From Nemertoderma westbladi (taxonomy: Eukaryota; Animalia; Xenacoelomorpha), in contig JAUCBJ010006610.1 of assembly GCA_032718475.1 (NCBI GenBank), positions 1-64,000 on the forward strand: a stretch of DNA of 64,000 nucleotides. The letters run 5' to 3'. Numbering within the stretch: the stretch's first letter is position 1; every line of letters begins with the position of its first letter. The position numbers and the translations under genes were made by a program. The notes below the pieces were generated by a model. It worked only from the letters and a program-made list of their open reading frames with translations, ran no database searches and was not told the origin of the DNA. Shown one piece after another: positions 35,046-47,800 of this stretch.

Positions 35046-36703
35046 TTAGTTAGGTTAAAATCTAAAGTGAACAGTGGGTAATTAAATAATGTACTGTAGG
35101 GATTTATATTGTCGTATATTATTGTGAATATTTGGTGTATATTGGTGTGGGGAAGCCCAACTTATTCTCAATCAAGATTCAACTGTAGGAAAGTTACATT
35201 AAAAGATTATATCCAACCAATGCAACATTTTCTCAACCGCAATCTTGCATTTAAGAAAGTACTCCTTCTCCACTCCCAATATCCGGTGACTGGCCGGAAT
35301 TCCGTGGTTTAAAAGTTCCGCCTCCAGCATCAGCGTTTTCCCCCATGGTGTCGGGAATAACGGCAACAAAATTGAGAATAAGACGCGGCCAACTTCAACT
35401 GGTGGAAGTTGGGAATTCTACAGTACTCTTCAAACTCTCAACGTGCTTACCCAGCACCCACTACGAGGAAACTCTGGTATTTGATTTAATCATTTTAATC
35501 GATTTAATCCGTGGTTCAATCAATCTACAAACTCGAACTAAGAAACTCGTAGTCGGCAGATCATAAATAGAGAGTCGTTAACAGGGAATGGAAGTATCGA
35601 TCACACCTTGATATAATCCAAGTTGAGCCAGGAATCTGGCACGTCGAAGTCGAAGTACAAGGAACGAATGTTGGACGATTCAGGATTACCGTTCGGGTAG
35701 TCCAGGCTGAATACGAGACCTACGAAGAACTATTTTACGATATCACATATCTAGCGATCAACGAGGCGCTAGAATGACGACGAATAACGTCTCCGATACT
35801 GATGAAATGGACCCCCACACAGACTCGGAAACCGACGAGGTACCAAATGTGAAGAACATGGCTCGTCGACTAGGAGCTCTCAAAGGCGGAGTGACTCGAG
35901 CATACCACCGCATCGAGAAACAACTAAAGGGAGCCGAGACCCCCCTCAGCGATATACAGACTCAATTACAGAATATCCGAAGTACCCTACAACGATATGA
36001 ACGGATGATACAGGCATATCAGGAACTCATTCCCGCAACCAATCTGGGAAACTACCCCAGACTGGAAGAACACATCGCACATCTGGACGAGTTCCGCAAG
36101 CAACATCGGAGGACCCTCAGCCTCGTAAGAGGCTACGAGGAACAGTATTATAAACGAACTGAAAGGGCGAACGCAGAATCGGTACGGACCTGCGGAACCA
36201 GGACCGTGGTTCAGCGAAAAAAAACTGGGTCCTCGAGGCTCCAGCGCTAGGAGCGAGATATCTGGTTCAGCGCGCAGTTCTCAAGGGGGTCAACCACTCC
36301 GAGATCAGCTACGAGAACAGAGGGCACTGGCCCTTAAAGCTCGAATGGAAGACGAATATGTCCAACTACAGATTGAACAGGATGTATTAGCTGAGGAGAG
36401 ACATAAACAGGAGGCCGAAATGCAGGCCGAGATACGGAAACAAGAGGCCGAACGACAAAAACAAGAGGCCGAAATGCGTAAAGTAGAGGCCGAACAACAG
36501 GCCGAGACACAGAAACAAGAGGCCGAACGACAAAAACAAGAGGCCGAAATGCGGAAAGTAGAGGCCGACCAACAGGCGGAGACACGGAAACAAGAGGCTG
36601 AACGACAAAAACAAGAGGCCGAAATGCGTAAAGTAGAGGCCGACCAACAGGCCGAGACACGGAAACAAGAGGCCGAAATGCGCAAACGAAGTGCCGAGGC
36701 CCA
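35046..36703 (+). mobile_element. Second tandem copy of the BEL/Pao internal region (leader and gag 5' part), truncated
   Basis: Near-identical to 24821-26492. Ends abruptly at GCCGAGGCCCAAG. Confidence 0.92.
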
Positions 36704-37800
36704 AGATCAGTTAGGTACTTGGCAGGATTTCCTCGACTTCTGGAGCCAGTAGGTGGAGTTATCATCACCCCATCATCATTATGATGATCTAAGGACATGC
36801 GTAGAACATAGTCAACAACAATTATGAACAAGAATGGTGCAAGTGTGTCTCCCTGGAGGACGCTCCATAACACTTCAAATGGTTCTGTGTCACCGTCAAC
36901 CGTAGACACAAATGTTGTCGAACCATCGTATACTGATCTGATCGCTGCAATAATTTCATCAGGAATCCCGCCCATATAATGAAAGTATGCTGAACATACG
37001 TGAGCGAGAGACTGAGTCAAAGGCCTTGAAGAAGTCAACAAAGATAACAGCCAGATGCCTGTCTTTCTTTTGTGATAACTCTTCAATTATCCTTCTAAGT
37101 GCCATAATGGGCTCCATGGTCCCACGACCTTTACGGAACCCATTCTGATTTCCACGGAGCAGTCTCTCAATGGGATCCCTGATGCGATTTAATAGAATTA
37201 TATTGTATAACTCGATCTAGCAATCGAGATCAATAAGATTCCCCGAAAAGAAGCAGAGAGTGTTAGGTTGCCCTTCTTGGGAACTGGCACCAACTTATTT
37301 GTTTTCATTTCTTGTGGGACTCTTGTTGTTCGGTACATGTCTACTATGATGGGATAGATGAGCTTTAAACACTCAGGTAATTTAAAGACCTCAGGGGGAA
37401 CACCATCTACTCCACTGGCACGATTGGTCTTAATGCTCTTTGCAGCAGCCTTCACTTCTGCAAAGGAGATATCACCAATGGGAATATCTGGGAGTACAGA
37501 CTCAGACACTTTTACTTCTATAAAGTTATCAGGCAATACCCTGTCATTATTGAGGAGCTTTTCAAAGTGGGCCTTCCAACCATTGAGGCGATCGGCTGGT
37601 GATTCAGCCTTAACCTTGGTGGTTGGTTGGCTTTTTCGACCAGCAAGCAAGTTGATCGATCTCCATGCCTGGGATGATTGCCTGCTGTCGTCAGCATCAT
37701 TGATGGCATCAACCTCACACAGCCCAGCACAAAATTTCTTACCCATCACCAAAAAGTACAAGTTTGCTATGTCCAGTGCCGTTTTTATTGATTCCATCGG
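36704..37800 (-). mobile_element. RTE-clade LINE RT fragment
   Basis: RASGVDGVPPEVFK, VPVPKKGNL..FRGI, QNGFRKGR, GIPDEII, VLQGDTLAPFLFIIVVDYVLR, then LTDL. It breaks just before the expected FADD motif. Confidence 0.88.
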
Positions 37801-38419
37801 ATTCAGGACCCTCATAAACCCGTATAACGCAAGAAACAATACGATAGGCCCTACTACTATGAATTGATCAAAATTTCAAAAATTTGAAAATTTACAAGTT
37901 TGAGATTTTTAGTTATATAATTATCTATTGAATTGAATTCAGAACTCCCATAAACCTCGAGAAAGTTCGACAACGTTGTCCTCGACGTTGTCACAATTAA
38001 TTGAACTATTGAATGGATTATCAAAATTTGTGTAGGCACCTGATTTTGCACACAGAACCGGAAAATACAAGTTTGATATGCCTGGTGCGAATCATCGAAA
38101 TGGGAACCCCAAAAAACCCTATTGCGCAAAAAACAGGTTAAAAATTAATCAATTTCAAAATCAAAATTTGGTGTTGGCACCAAAATTTAAATTTAAAATT
38201 TCCATCTAATTGGTGCGAACTCAAAAAAACGGCGTAACTCAAGAAATATAGATTGATTTCAGTGATTTCCGAGATCAATCGTATGTCATGAAATGTAATT
38301 TTGAAAAAACGTCTCAAAAAATTTTTTTTTTATGAAAAGTCGTAAAATTTCAGATTCCCAGCTGCGTTTGTTTCAGAGGCGCGAGGAGACCGGACAGACC
38401 ATTATTGGGTGTTTACAAC

Positions 38420-39160
38420 CGGATGCTGAAAGGGGAAAACCCACCACCAATATGGACTAAAGGACAACTAAAGCCTCTCCCAAAGAAAAGAGAAACTAAC
38501 AAACTATCGTGGGATCAGTCTCCTTAAAATAAGGTAGCTGAAAAATATACAGTACAACAAAATGGTTTAGACACCGCATAGACAAACTACTTTCAGTCAA
38601 AGAACCTTCCTGTAGTTATAACATTTGTCGATTTGTGAACTGCAAGAAAGCATTCAACTTCACCCATAGAGGTAAAATGCTCGAAATCGTAATAGCTTAG
38701 GAATACCAGAAGTACTGTAATTGTCGAAGTTAGGAAAGCAAAGGCAATGGAAACCATATCCGTTTTTGATTGACCTACTCAATCAAAAATGTATACCATC
38801 TGGAAATCAGACCTCTTCAGGCACCTGAAGAATAAGTTATTTTGAGCCGCAGTGGAAAGTGTATTTTTATACGGGGGTGAGACCTGGACACTGACTAAAT
38901 CACTTGAACAACGAATTGATGGTTGCTACACAAGACTACTAAGGGCAGCCCCTAAACATCAGCTGGAGACAAAACATGACAAACGCCGAGCTTTATGGTA
39001 CAATACCACCTGTATCAACCACCCTCCGCGAACGCAGATTAAGATTCAGTGGGCTCTGCGGGAGAAGTAAAGACGAGGTCATATCAGATCTACTATTCTA
39101 GCAACCAACACATGGAAAGCGTAGTCGTGGACGACCGGCCATAACATGTATACTGTAGAC
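38420..39160 (+). mobile_element. Highly decayed RTE-clade LINE relic
   Basis: PLPKK..NYRGISL, VESVFLYGGETWTLTKSLEQRIDGCYTRLLR, RRLRFSG and GKRSRGRP fragments. Confidence 0.78.
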
Positions 39161-40968
39161 CAACTTGAATTGAAATTGAGAGAAACGAAATTGCGACAAC
39201 TTATTGAGAACCGGGAAAATCATAGTATGATTTGATATTTACGCTTCGCGTATTTGTTACTATTTTTTTAAACCATTTTATTGAGTTAGTATAACCAAAG
39301 CCATCGTAATATTATATATAATATTAGGAATATTAATATTAAGAAGGAATTGGTATAACTGCCAAGATTATAGATCAAATATCTGTTTCCCGTCAGAGTT
39401 CCAAAAACAACCGAACCGAGGTGCAACAAGTTCGCCTTGCTGAACCTACAGTACAGTATGACAGTTCTACAACTGTAATAATATTGATTTAAATAGAGTA
39501 ATATAAAATACTATAAACAATTATAGTAAGAAAGTGTTGGGACCCTGCTGACTTTAACGCCGGCCTTTTGGGATATGTTTGGGCATAAATAATCCATATA
39601 ACCTGGAGCAAGTTTTATATCGAACTGAAAATGCATCATAAATCACCACCTACAGATACTGTACGGATTTGTAATGTTATATTTGGAGATTCCCATATTA
39701 TCTTATCGGCGCTGCTTCGTTATTGTGAAACCCGATAGCCGTTTCAAGTGAATTGGCCAGACATTATAATCTTGGGATAATTTTTACTCTGTGGAGAGAA
39801 AAAGTGTTGGTCTGTGGAATCTGTCCGGTTCAGTAGCTTTATCTGGACACCTCACTGCGGTCATCTGTAGTTAGTTGAAGAATTTATAACGGGTATTATA
39901 TGAGATGGCGCCAGACGTTGGTGTATATCACACATTGACACTGGGCACAGCAGTGGAAGTGATCCCAGTTGACATGTTATATTCCTATTCAGAATTTCTT
40001 AAAATATAAATCTCCATGGAGAGCAGACTTTATTGTATATATGAATTTTAGATATTTATTATTCTTTATTTTTCTAAAGTACCACTTTAAATTCTATTGG
40101 AATTTATTTATTATTTTCAGTAATAGGCCTTTACACTTTTTTATTGATAGTCAGTGCCACTTTCCTTAGCTTCCAACTGTCATTCTGAAAATATGCAATT
40201 ACCTGACATGGTGGTCTAGTGGTTGTGATTGTACAGTTAGTTCAATATTATTTATGTCGTGATGTTTTGGTGTCTTTAGAGTAAGTCCGTAGAACGGCGA
40301 GCGAAATAGTATCCTGTCAGGAAGGAACTCGTTAGGAAGGTAAATCACATCTTAGAAGCGAGTAAATATATCGTCTCAAAGTGCAGCTTACCTCATTCTA
40401 ACCAAAACAAGACAAATATTAGGCCTACCATTATTGACGCCAATCAATGCAAATACAGTACAGTACTGTAACAGCTGATTGCCAACTACAATACACCTGT
40501 ATGTACCTTTACACCATATCCTGGAATATAGTGTCGTTATTCAGGTACACCCCCCCCCCCCCCCACCCTAAAAAAAAAAAAACTTTTCAACAAAATCTTA
40601 TGAGATTGCATGAAACCTACAAGCGTTTTGTATGAAAGCAAAAATATAAACTCTGGTTCACCCACTAAGGAGAACTGAGAAGGGAGGTGAAACTACAGTA
40701 CTACTGTACAGTATCTCTGTTTCAAATTTTATACAATCTCATTAAGTAGATTTATAGAAAAATTTGGGTCGTAGAGCAGGTTAGTACCTCAATGAGTTAT
40801 TCCAGAACATGGTGTACTCAATGTAAATACATCAGGGCAGGCGTTACACCTACTGTAATAATCCTACATAGTTAGGCCTACAGTAAATCAAATAGTTAAT
40901 GTGGTTAAAAGAATACGACTCTTCGTCTCTAACGCTTACATTATCTACAGTATCATTAATATAAAATA

Positions 40969-41202
40969 ATGCAGAGCAATTCGGACGGATCCAAATCAAT
41001 GAGTCAACGAATAATGCAGAATAAGCAATTATGCGTTACCGCAGTGCTGGTAGCTGCGTTTGTATGCTCGATTTGTGTCGCAATCTACTGCGCGCACCTA
41101 ACATCGCGTGTTGTTCTTCTGGAATCCAGGATGCAAAAACTTGAAGATCTAATTATTTTAGTTGCCACTGATGATGGTGAAGCATTTGATGATCAAAAAC
41201 AG
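40969..41202 (+). CDS. Exon 1 of a probable type II transmembrane collagen (collagen XIII/XXIII/XXV-like or colmedin-like)
   Basis: Short cytosolic N-terminus, hydrophobic TM segment LCVTAVLVAAFVCSICVAIY, juxtamembrane coiled coil LTSRVVLLESRMQKLE, and donor CAG|GTGGGT in phase 0. Confidence 0.65.
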
Positions 41203-41239
41203 GTGGGTATTATCGGTATACAGTGCTGATGCTGACTGT

Positions 41240-41645
41240 AGTGTTTAAACGGGATTCCGATCCCGATCTCGCAAAACCGGGATCGCGGCAAAAAATGCAA
41301 CCCCTGTCCTGATCCCTATCCCGCCTTTTTTGGAACGGGATCCCGAAGTACAGTATATAGTTAAGTAAATTTGTTGAATATCTGATAAATAGTTCCAGCA
41401 GAACGGAAATTTATTGATTATATCTAATTTTTATGTCAGTAAACCAACCAGTAAACAATTGTAAGATAATTTTAATATAACTTTATCTTACTAACATTTC
41501 AGAAGTGTAAGATAAAGTGAATGTTGCCCAAAACCCGCTACATATACTATTAATTTATGGAAATTTATCCAAAATTGATCCCGCGAGTGATAATCCCAGT
41601 CCCGATACCGGAAATCCCGAAAGTGTGATCCTGTTTGAAAACTAC
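41240..41645. mobile_element. MITE-like element with (CGG)GATCCCG subterminal motifs
   Basis: Imperfect inverted ends AGTGTTTAAACGGGA and TCCTGTTTGAAAACT, with repeated ATCCCG motifs near both ends. Confidence 0.45.
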
Positions 41646-42220
41646 AGGGTGTAAAGTATACAGTAATATTACAAGAGGTGGTTTAACAACCTACCTCAGC
41701 CTCAGGGGATGTGAGGCTAACATGGGCCCAAGTGGAGATAAGAATTGTGGGGCTGGTATAAGCCGCCCAACGAGGGAGTGCCACCAAGCAATTATTTGGA
41801 TGTGTATCGTTTGGATGGCCAATAATGCGTACACGTTCGTGGGGCCATCGCGCAGGACGAGGCTCAGTTATTAGATACAGGTTAAAATTGAGCAACTCTA
41901 TCCCAAAATCGGTACTTCAAGAAATTTAAATAAATAAATAAGAAATTTAACCAAACCGCCTATAAGAATAAATCAAAGAAGAAAGGAAAGTTCCCCTTAC
42001 CTTATGCCGATAGTATTGATACTGAAATATTAATTTATCATGTTAATGCAAATGCCTCAACGAAATCATTTAGCTAATATATCTAAAGAATCACCATTAC
42101 ATTCAGCCAATCAGTGTGCTAGATAGAGCAAACTCAGTGGGAGTATGAGTGGAATGTTTCCCATCTAGGCAATATCAAGAATGCCAAGGAATGATGAGAC
42201 TGGAAGTATAGAGTGATCAA

Positions 42221-42350
42221 AAAAGCAAGCAAACAGTCGGCCGAAGCCGGAGGCGACCCGAAGGCTCATCTTTCGATAGCTGCTACCCGAGGTTAGGGGT
42301 GGGCGCTACTCCTATCCCAAGATTTGCTCCCAGTTATTTAACTGGTACTC
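42221..42350 (-). mobile_element. 5'-truncated copy of the SINE at 494-731
   Basis: Near-identical to 497-626. Confidence 0.85.
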
Positions 42351-43522
42351 AGTGATATCGAATAGATATCGCGATATAGAGTGATATCGAATGCATTTTA
42401 ACTTAATTACGTTTAAATCTCTTGAACTAATTAAAAACTATAATGGAATGGTTTATGGGGATTACAGCTGTATAACTTTTAAGTATAATTATTTAAATCT
42501 TATACTAGAAAATAATTAATATCCTTTAAGGAGGCAGGTTATCTTAGCTTCTCGAAGGCCACGCGAAAATTCGACTTGGAAAATTTCTAAACTTTGGCCA
42601 GACTACATGTGTACCAAGTTTGGTTAAATTTCATTAACATTTGGCTGAGTTATTAACGTTAGATCAACAGAGCAACAGACACACCGATTGAGTTAGTGGT
42701 ACCTGTATGCTAAGCTCGCCTACTTTCCTCGCTCGCCCCACAACACTACTAACAACTACGTACAATACTATGTAATGTATTTTTCCCTGTTTCCATATAT
42801 ATTGATATCAAGTGCCTACCAATACAGTTGGCTATATCATTCATGTAGAATGTCGCACAGATTTCAACGTCGTCCGTAGTCTAAGTAATTATACTGATTG
42901 ACCTTTAATCCATTTTATGGTAAACATTGCAAGTTATTATAACAATGATTAACATGAAACTCTTTGTATTCTCCGGCCTTCAGCCTGCAGTTTTATCAAC
43001 GTGGCGATGTAGGAAACTACTAACAAAGCAGTCAATCCGGTCGGGATCCCTTTAGCCAACCAGGATCCCGTCACACCCAGTTTATCCTGGAAAGGTTCTT
43101 AAAAATGAAAAGTAACAAACGGGAATAATACTGTACTGAATGTTCGGTATATTTCGATATTTCATTGTTCTCACGGTCGCCTCACATTGATTGGCCGTTC
43201 ATAGGCCTATTGGTGCAGAGGAAACGTAAAAGTAGGTCTAGAGTATTTAAAATTAGAACCTACTGTATGGGTGGACGTGGCATCTGATTGGCCCGTGGAA
43301 CGATCGCGCAGTTAAAGTATGGGTTACGATTATAAGGCCAAAGACTAATTAATTAATTATTAACTGCGAATCATACATGCGATGAGGTTAATACCTATGA
43401 TAATGTTTAGGTAAATAGAATAAAAATTCAAAATGTATGCCGTAGTTCATACAGTACTGTAATGTTGGCACGTAAAAACAGTATCAAGGTAGGCCTATGT
43501 GATACAAATTTTATTTTTCCAG

Positions 43523-43652
43523 GACATCGATGTAAATGCAACGTTACTGAGAAGCGCTCGAAGTCCAAGTTCTTATTATGAATATTTGGCGGATCGGATA
43601 AAAATGGAGAAAAAATTCACAAAGAAAAACAAAGACTGTGAATGTCCTGCGG
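43523..43652 (+). CDS. Exon 2 of the probable transmembrane collagen
   Basis: Acceptor TTTTATTTTTCCAG and donor G|GTAAGT. In frame with exon 1, it encodes DIDVNATLLRSARSPSSYYEYLADRIKMEKKFTKKNKDCECPA(G), with an RxxR furin-like site and the CxCPxG motif that precedes the first collagen domain in MACITs. Confidence 0.7.
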
Positions 43653-44831
43653 GTAAGTGTGAGTGATGCCAAAAGCTACTGTAACATTCAGATATTGAGA
43701 TATTGATAAATAAGTGGTAGGGGGCCTAAATTAAATAACATAACTGTTAAAGATTCCTTGATTGATGCCAATGAGTGTAGCCCTAATGAAGAAGCGGTAG
43801 GCCTACTAGTAACTACTGTAGTACTGTACAGTATGTTGAGTGGGGTAGATTTTGTTATAAGTTAAAATCGTTCTAAGGAACATACTGTAAATTATGCACT
43901 TTCAATTCCGTTTTAAGTATATCACAAGGCCAATACATTTATGATTGCTAATCATTACAGTATGTGAGAGTTTGAGAATTCCAACCCTTAAAATTTTAAT
44001 TAAACCAATAACACTGAGCGTCAAGCGATAGAAACACCGTCAAGTATCCCTCAATGAGGGGGGGGGGGGGGGGGGGGGGGGGTCTTGACCTCTAGTAGGG
44101 TGGTAGACTTGAACCCTCCTATAGAAAAAAAAGTAGTGGAAATAATGAAAAATCACCACGAAAACAAATTGATTTTATGACCATGTGGTTTTTTTGGGAT
44201 GCTGATCACGAATATGACACTGAGAAATATCCTACCTTGTTGATTACGGCTTTTTTGGATAATAATAATAATAATAATATATATTTATTTATATAGCGCC
44301 AAATTTACATAATATACGTACTCTAAGGCGCTGACAACACATAGTACACAGTAATTAATAGTTCGTGACTGCAATAGCAATAGTTATGAAATAAAAAAAT
44401 CAACTAAAATAATGTAGTAATTAAAAACCAACAATAAAAACATCATAAAATATAGTAAAAACAAACAATAAAAACGATCATCGTAAATATTGTAGCATAT
44501 AGTAAAAAACAAACAATAAAAAAAACGATCAACGCAAGCATTCCAGTGCGGGTTAAATTAAAATGTAATTAATGGCAGAATAGAATATAATGGCAGTGAT
44601 AATGAATTAAAATTAATAGTAAAAACAAACAATAAAAACAACTGTTATGGTGGACTTTTTAAGATTTAAAATATATTGATGTTAAAAACAATCGTGTATA
44701 CATCCAGTACTTAAGTTAAAATTAAATTTAAAATTGAAAGTAATTAATTAAAAAATGTCAGTCGTCCATAAAAACAAATAAATAATGTTTAGTTTAGATT
44801 TAACTTCATATGCACAGCGTAATATAGGACA

Positions 44832-47800
44832 CTAGTTTACGTGGTATTCCAGATTGTACAGGTGAGTTTTTAGACGTTTCTTAAAAATGCCCACATTCGA
44901 TGATTCGCGTATGGCCGGAGGCAATGCGTTCCATACAGTTGGAGCAGCAATGGAGAACGATCGCCTACCATAATGTTCCGTATTGTAGCGAGGGGCCACG
45001 AGTAAACCCAGCCCGCTGGATCGCATCTCGCGGATGGGTAGGTACGGAGTTAGTAAGTCGCTTAGATACTTCGGGGCACAGTTATTTACGCATTTCCAAG
45101 TTAGCAAGGCAATTTTAAAGTCTATACGGCGAACTATAGGTAACCAGTGCAATGCTTTTAGGGTTGGAGTTATATGGTCCCTCTTCTTTACACCACATAG
45201 AAGTCGAGCCGCGGAGTTTTGAACGTACTGTAGTTTCTGAATGGATTTTTTTGGCAGACCGTAGTAGAGAGAATTATTGGCGTCAAGCTTTGATGTTACA
45301 AGTGCGTGTATAAGTATTTCCATGTTTTGTTTGTTGACGTATCGCTTTATCTTTGAAAGATTCCTTAAATGGAAGAATGCCTCACGAACGGTGATTCCTA
45401 TTTGCTTGCACATTGTAAGCTGAGAGTCTAATTCGAACCCGATATTGCGAACGTTTGGGCTGCACGATATTATGTCGCTCCCAATGGTCAGTACTGGGGG
45501 GTCCTGCTGGATGCCGAACCTGGACTGCAATAACAGGACTTTAGTTTTATCGGAATTCATTTTTAAGTAGTTTTTATCCATCCACTCCAGCACATCCACG
45601 AGGCAACTCTCAGTTACTTTTACAGCGCTGTTTAATTCAATTGGCTTGAAAATCAAATATAATTGGGTATCATCCGCGTAGAAATGACAATGTAGACCAT
45701 GCCGCTTTATTACAGCTGATAGTGAACGCGTGTATACCGTAAACAGAATCGGACCCAATACCGAACCCTGTGGTAGTCCATAGCGGAGGTGCTTTGCGAT
45801 GGAATATGTATTCCCAATACGCACCTGTTGCGAGCGCTCCGATAGATATGATACGAACCATTTAAGGGCGACGCCATCAATGCCAATATCGTGTTTAAGT
45901 ATCTGCAATAGTTTGCTATGTTCAACCGTGTCGAATGCCGCGCTTAAATCAAGTGTGATAAACAAACACACCGAACCATCGTCAATTCCACGAAGTACCG
46001 TATCAGCAACAGATAACAAAGCAGTTTCCGTACCGTGTAATGGGCGGTAGGCACTCTGGTAGGGTTCATGCAGACCGTTCAGATTCATGTGGTGCTTTAA
46101 CTGCTCTACCACCACCTTCTCAGTTAATTTGGAAATGTACAGTAAGTTCGAAACCGGTCTAAAGTGATTGAGTATTTCCGGGTCTAATCGCAATTTCTTT
46201 AGTATTGGTGTGAGAATTGCTTCTTTGAAACGCGAAGCCACAGTTCCAGTTCGTAAAGATAAGTTAATTATCAATGTAATGACCATCAATAGTGGTTTTA
46301 AGGACATCTTTAGTATGCTGGTTGGAATCGGGTCACGTGGACTTGATTTTGACTTCGAGTCGCTTATCAGTTTTTCAACGCCGTCGCTCGTTACGTCACA
46401 AAATTTGTGAAGGACCGGTGCTGGAGGCGTCCCGGACGGCGCGGGAGGCACCCCGGACGGCTTCCCGGACGGTGCGGGAGGCGTCCCGGACGGCGCCCCG
46501 GATGGCGCAGGAGGTACCCTGGTCGGAGCGAGAGGCGCCCTGGATGACGTGGGAGGCGTCCCTGACGGTCCTTGAGGCGTCCCGGACGGCGCGGGAGGCG
46601 TACCAGATGGCCTGGGAGGCGACCCGCATGGCGTGGGTGTAGGCACCCCGGACGGCGCGGGCAGCACCCCAGACGGCGAGGGAGGCGTCCCGGATGGCGT
46701 GGGAGGCGTCCCGGATGGCCTGGGAGGCGACCCGCATGGCGTGGGTGGAGGCACCCCGGACGGCGCGGGCAGCACCCCAGACGGCGAGGGAGGCGTCCCG
46801 GATGGCGTGGGAGGCGTCCCGGATGGCGTCCCGGATGACGTCCCATTGTGGTTTAGACCATCTCGAATAGATTTAATCTTATTATCGAAGTAGTTTACAA
46901 ATCTGTTAGCTAATTCCAATTCAGAATTATGTCTCGGTAATATAACCTTATTTCCTCTGTGTAAAACTTTATTGACGACTTTAAATAGTGTTTTTAGGTC
47001 CTCTGAATTGTTCTTGATTATCCCGCTATAATATTGTTCCTTAGCCGTTGAGATGGCCGCCGCTACCTTGTAACATTGGTTTCTGTATTCCAAGAGGTCA
47101 ACATGCAGTTTCGTTGTCCGATATTTGCGCTCCAATCGGCGTCTAGTTCTCTTCTCATTGGCTATTGACTCGGTATACCATGGTGCCATTGGACGCTCAA
47201 TTACTGTCTTCGTTACCAATGGTGCATGTCTATCCAGTAGTGATAATAGTGTTTTGTCATAGAGTTCTACCAGTTGGTCAACGTCATGCGGTAGTGGGTT
47301 TACACATAATGCTGATGTTTCGATATCTGAAATCAAGTTGCCCATGTTTATACGGCTCAGTTTCCTGTGCGAAATAATCTTTTTTACCGCAATAGGTTTT
47401 GGTAGTGATATATCAAAACATATTAAGTAGTGATCCGAGATACCGATGTCACACACCCGTATATCCTTAATTATATCGATATCGTCTTTGTGCATCAACA
47501 CCAAATCTAAAGTGTGTCCTTTGCGGTGTGTTGCCTCATGTAATAATTGTTCCATGCCAAAACAGTTCACAACATCTAAGAAACTTGCAGATTCCTTATT
47601 TGTTGAATCATCCACCCAGAAGTTAAAATCTCCCATAATAATTAATTTCCCCGTTGCCACCATAAGTTGTTGCAGTAGATCACTAAATTCCTCAAGGAAC
47701 ATCGATGTATTTAGTTTGTTTACTGTTGAGGGATAAGTACGGTACAGAATTAACAGGCGGAAGTAGGCACCAAGGTGCGTTAGTGTCAATTCAATATATT

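Noticed and set aside
36334-37086. Novel 250-aa chimeric protein
   Set aside because: It is an accidental read-through from the RTE RT fragment into the antisense strand of the gag repeat.
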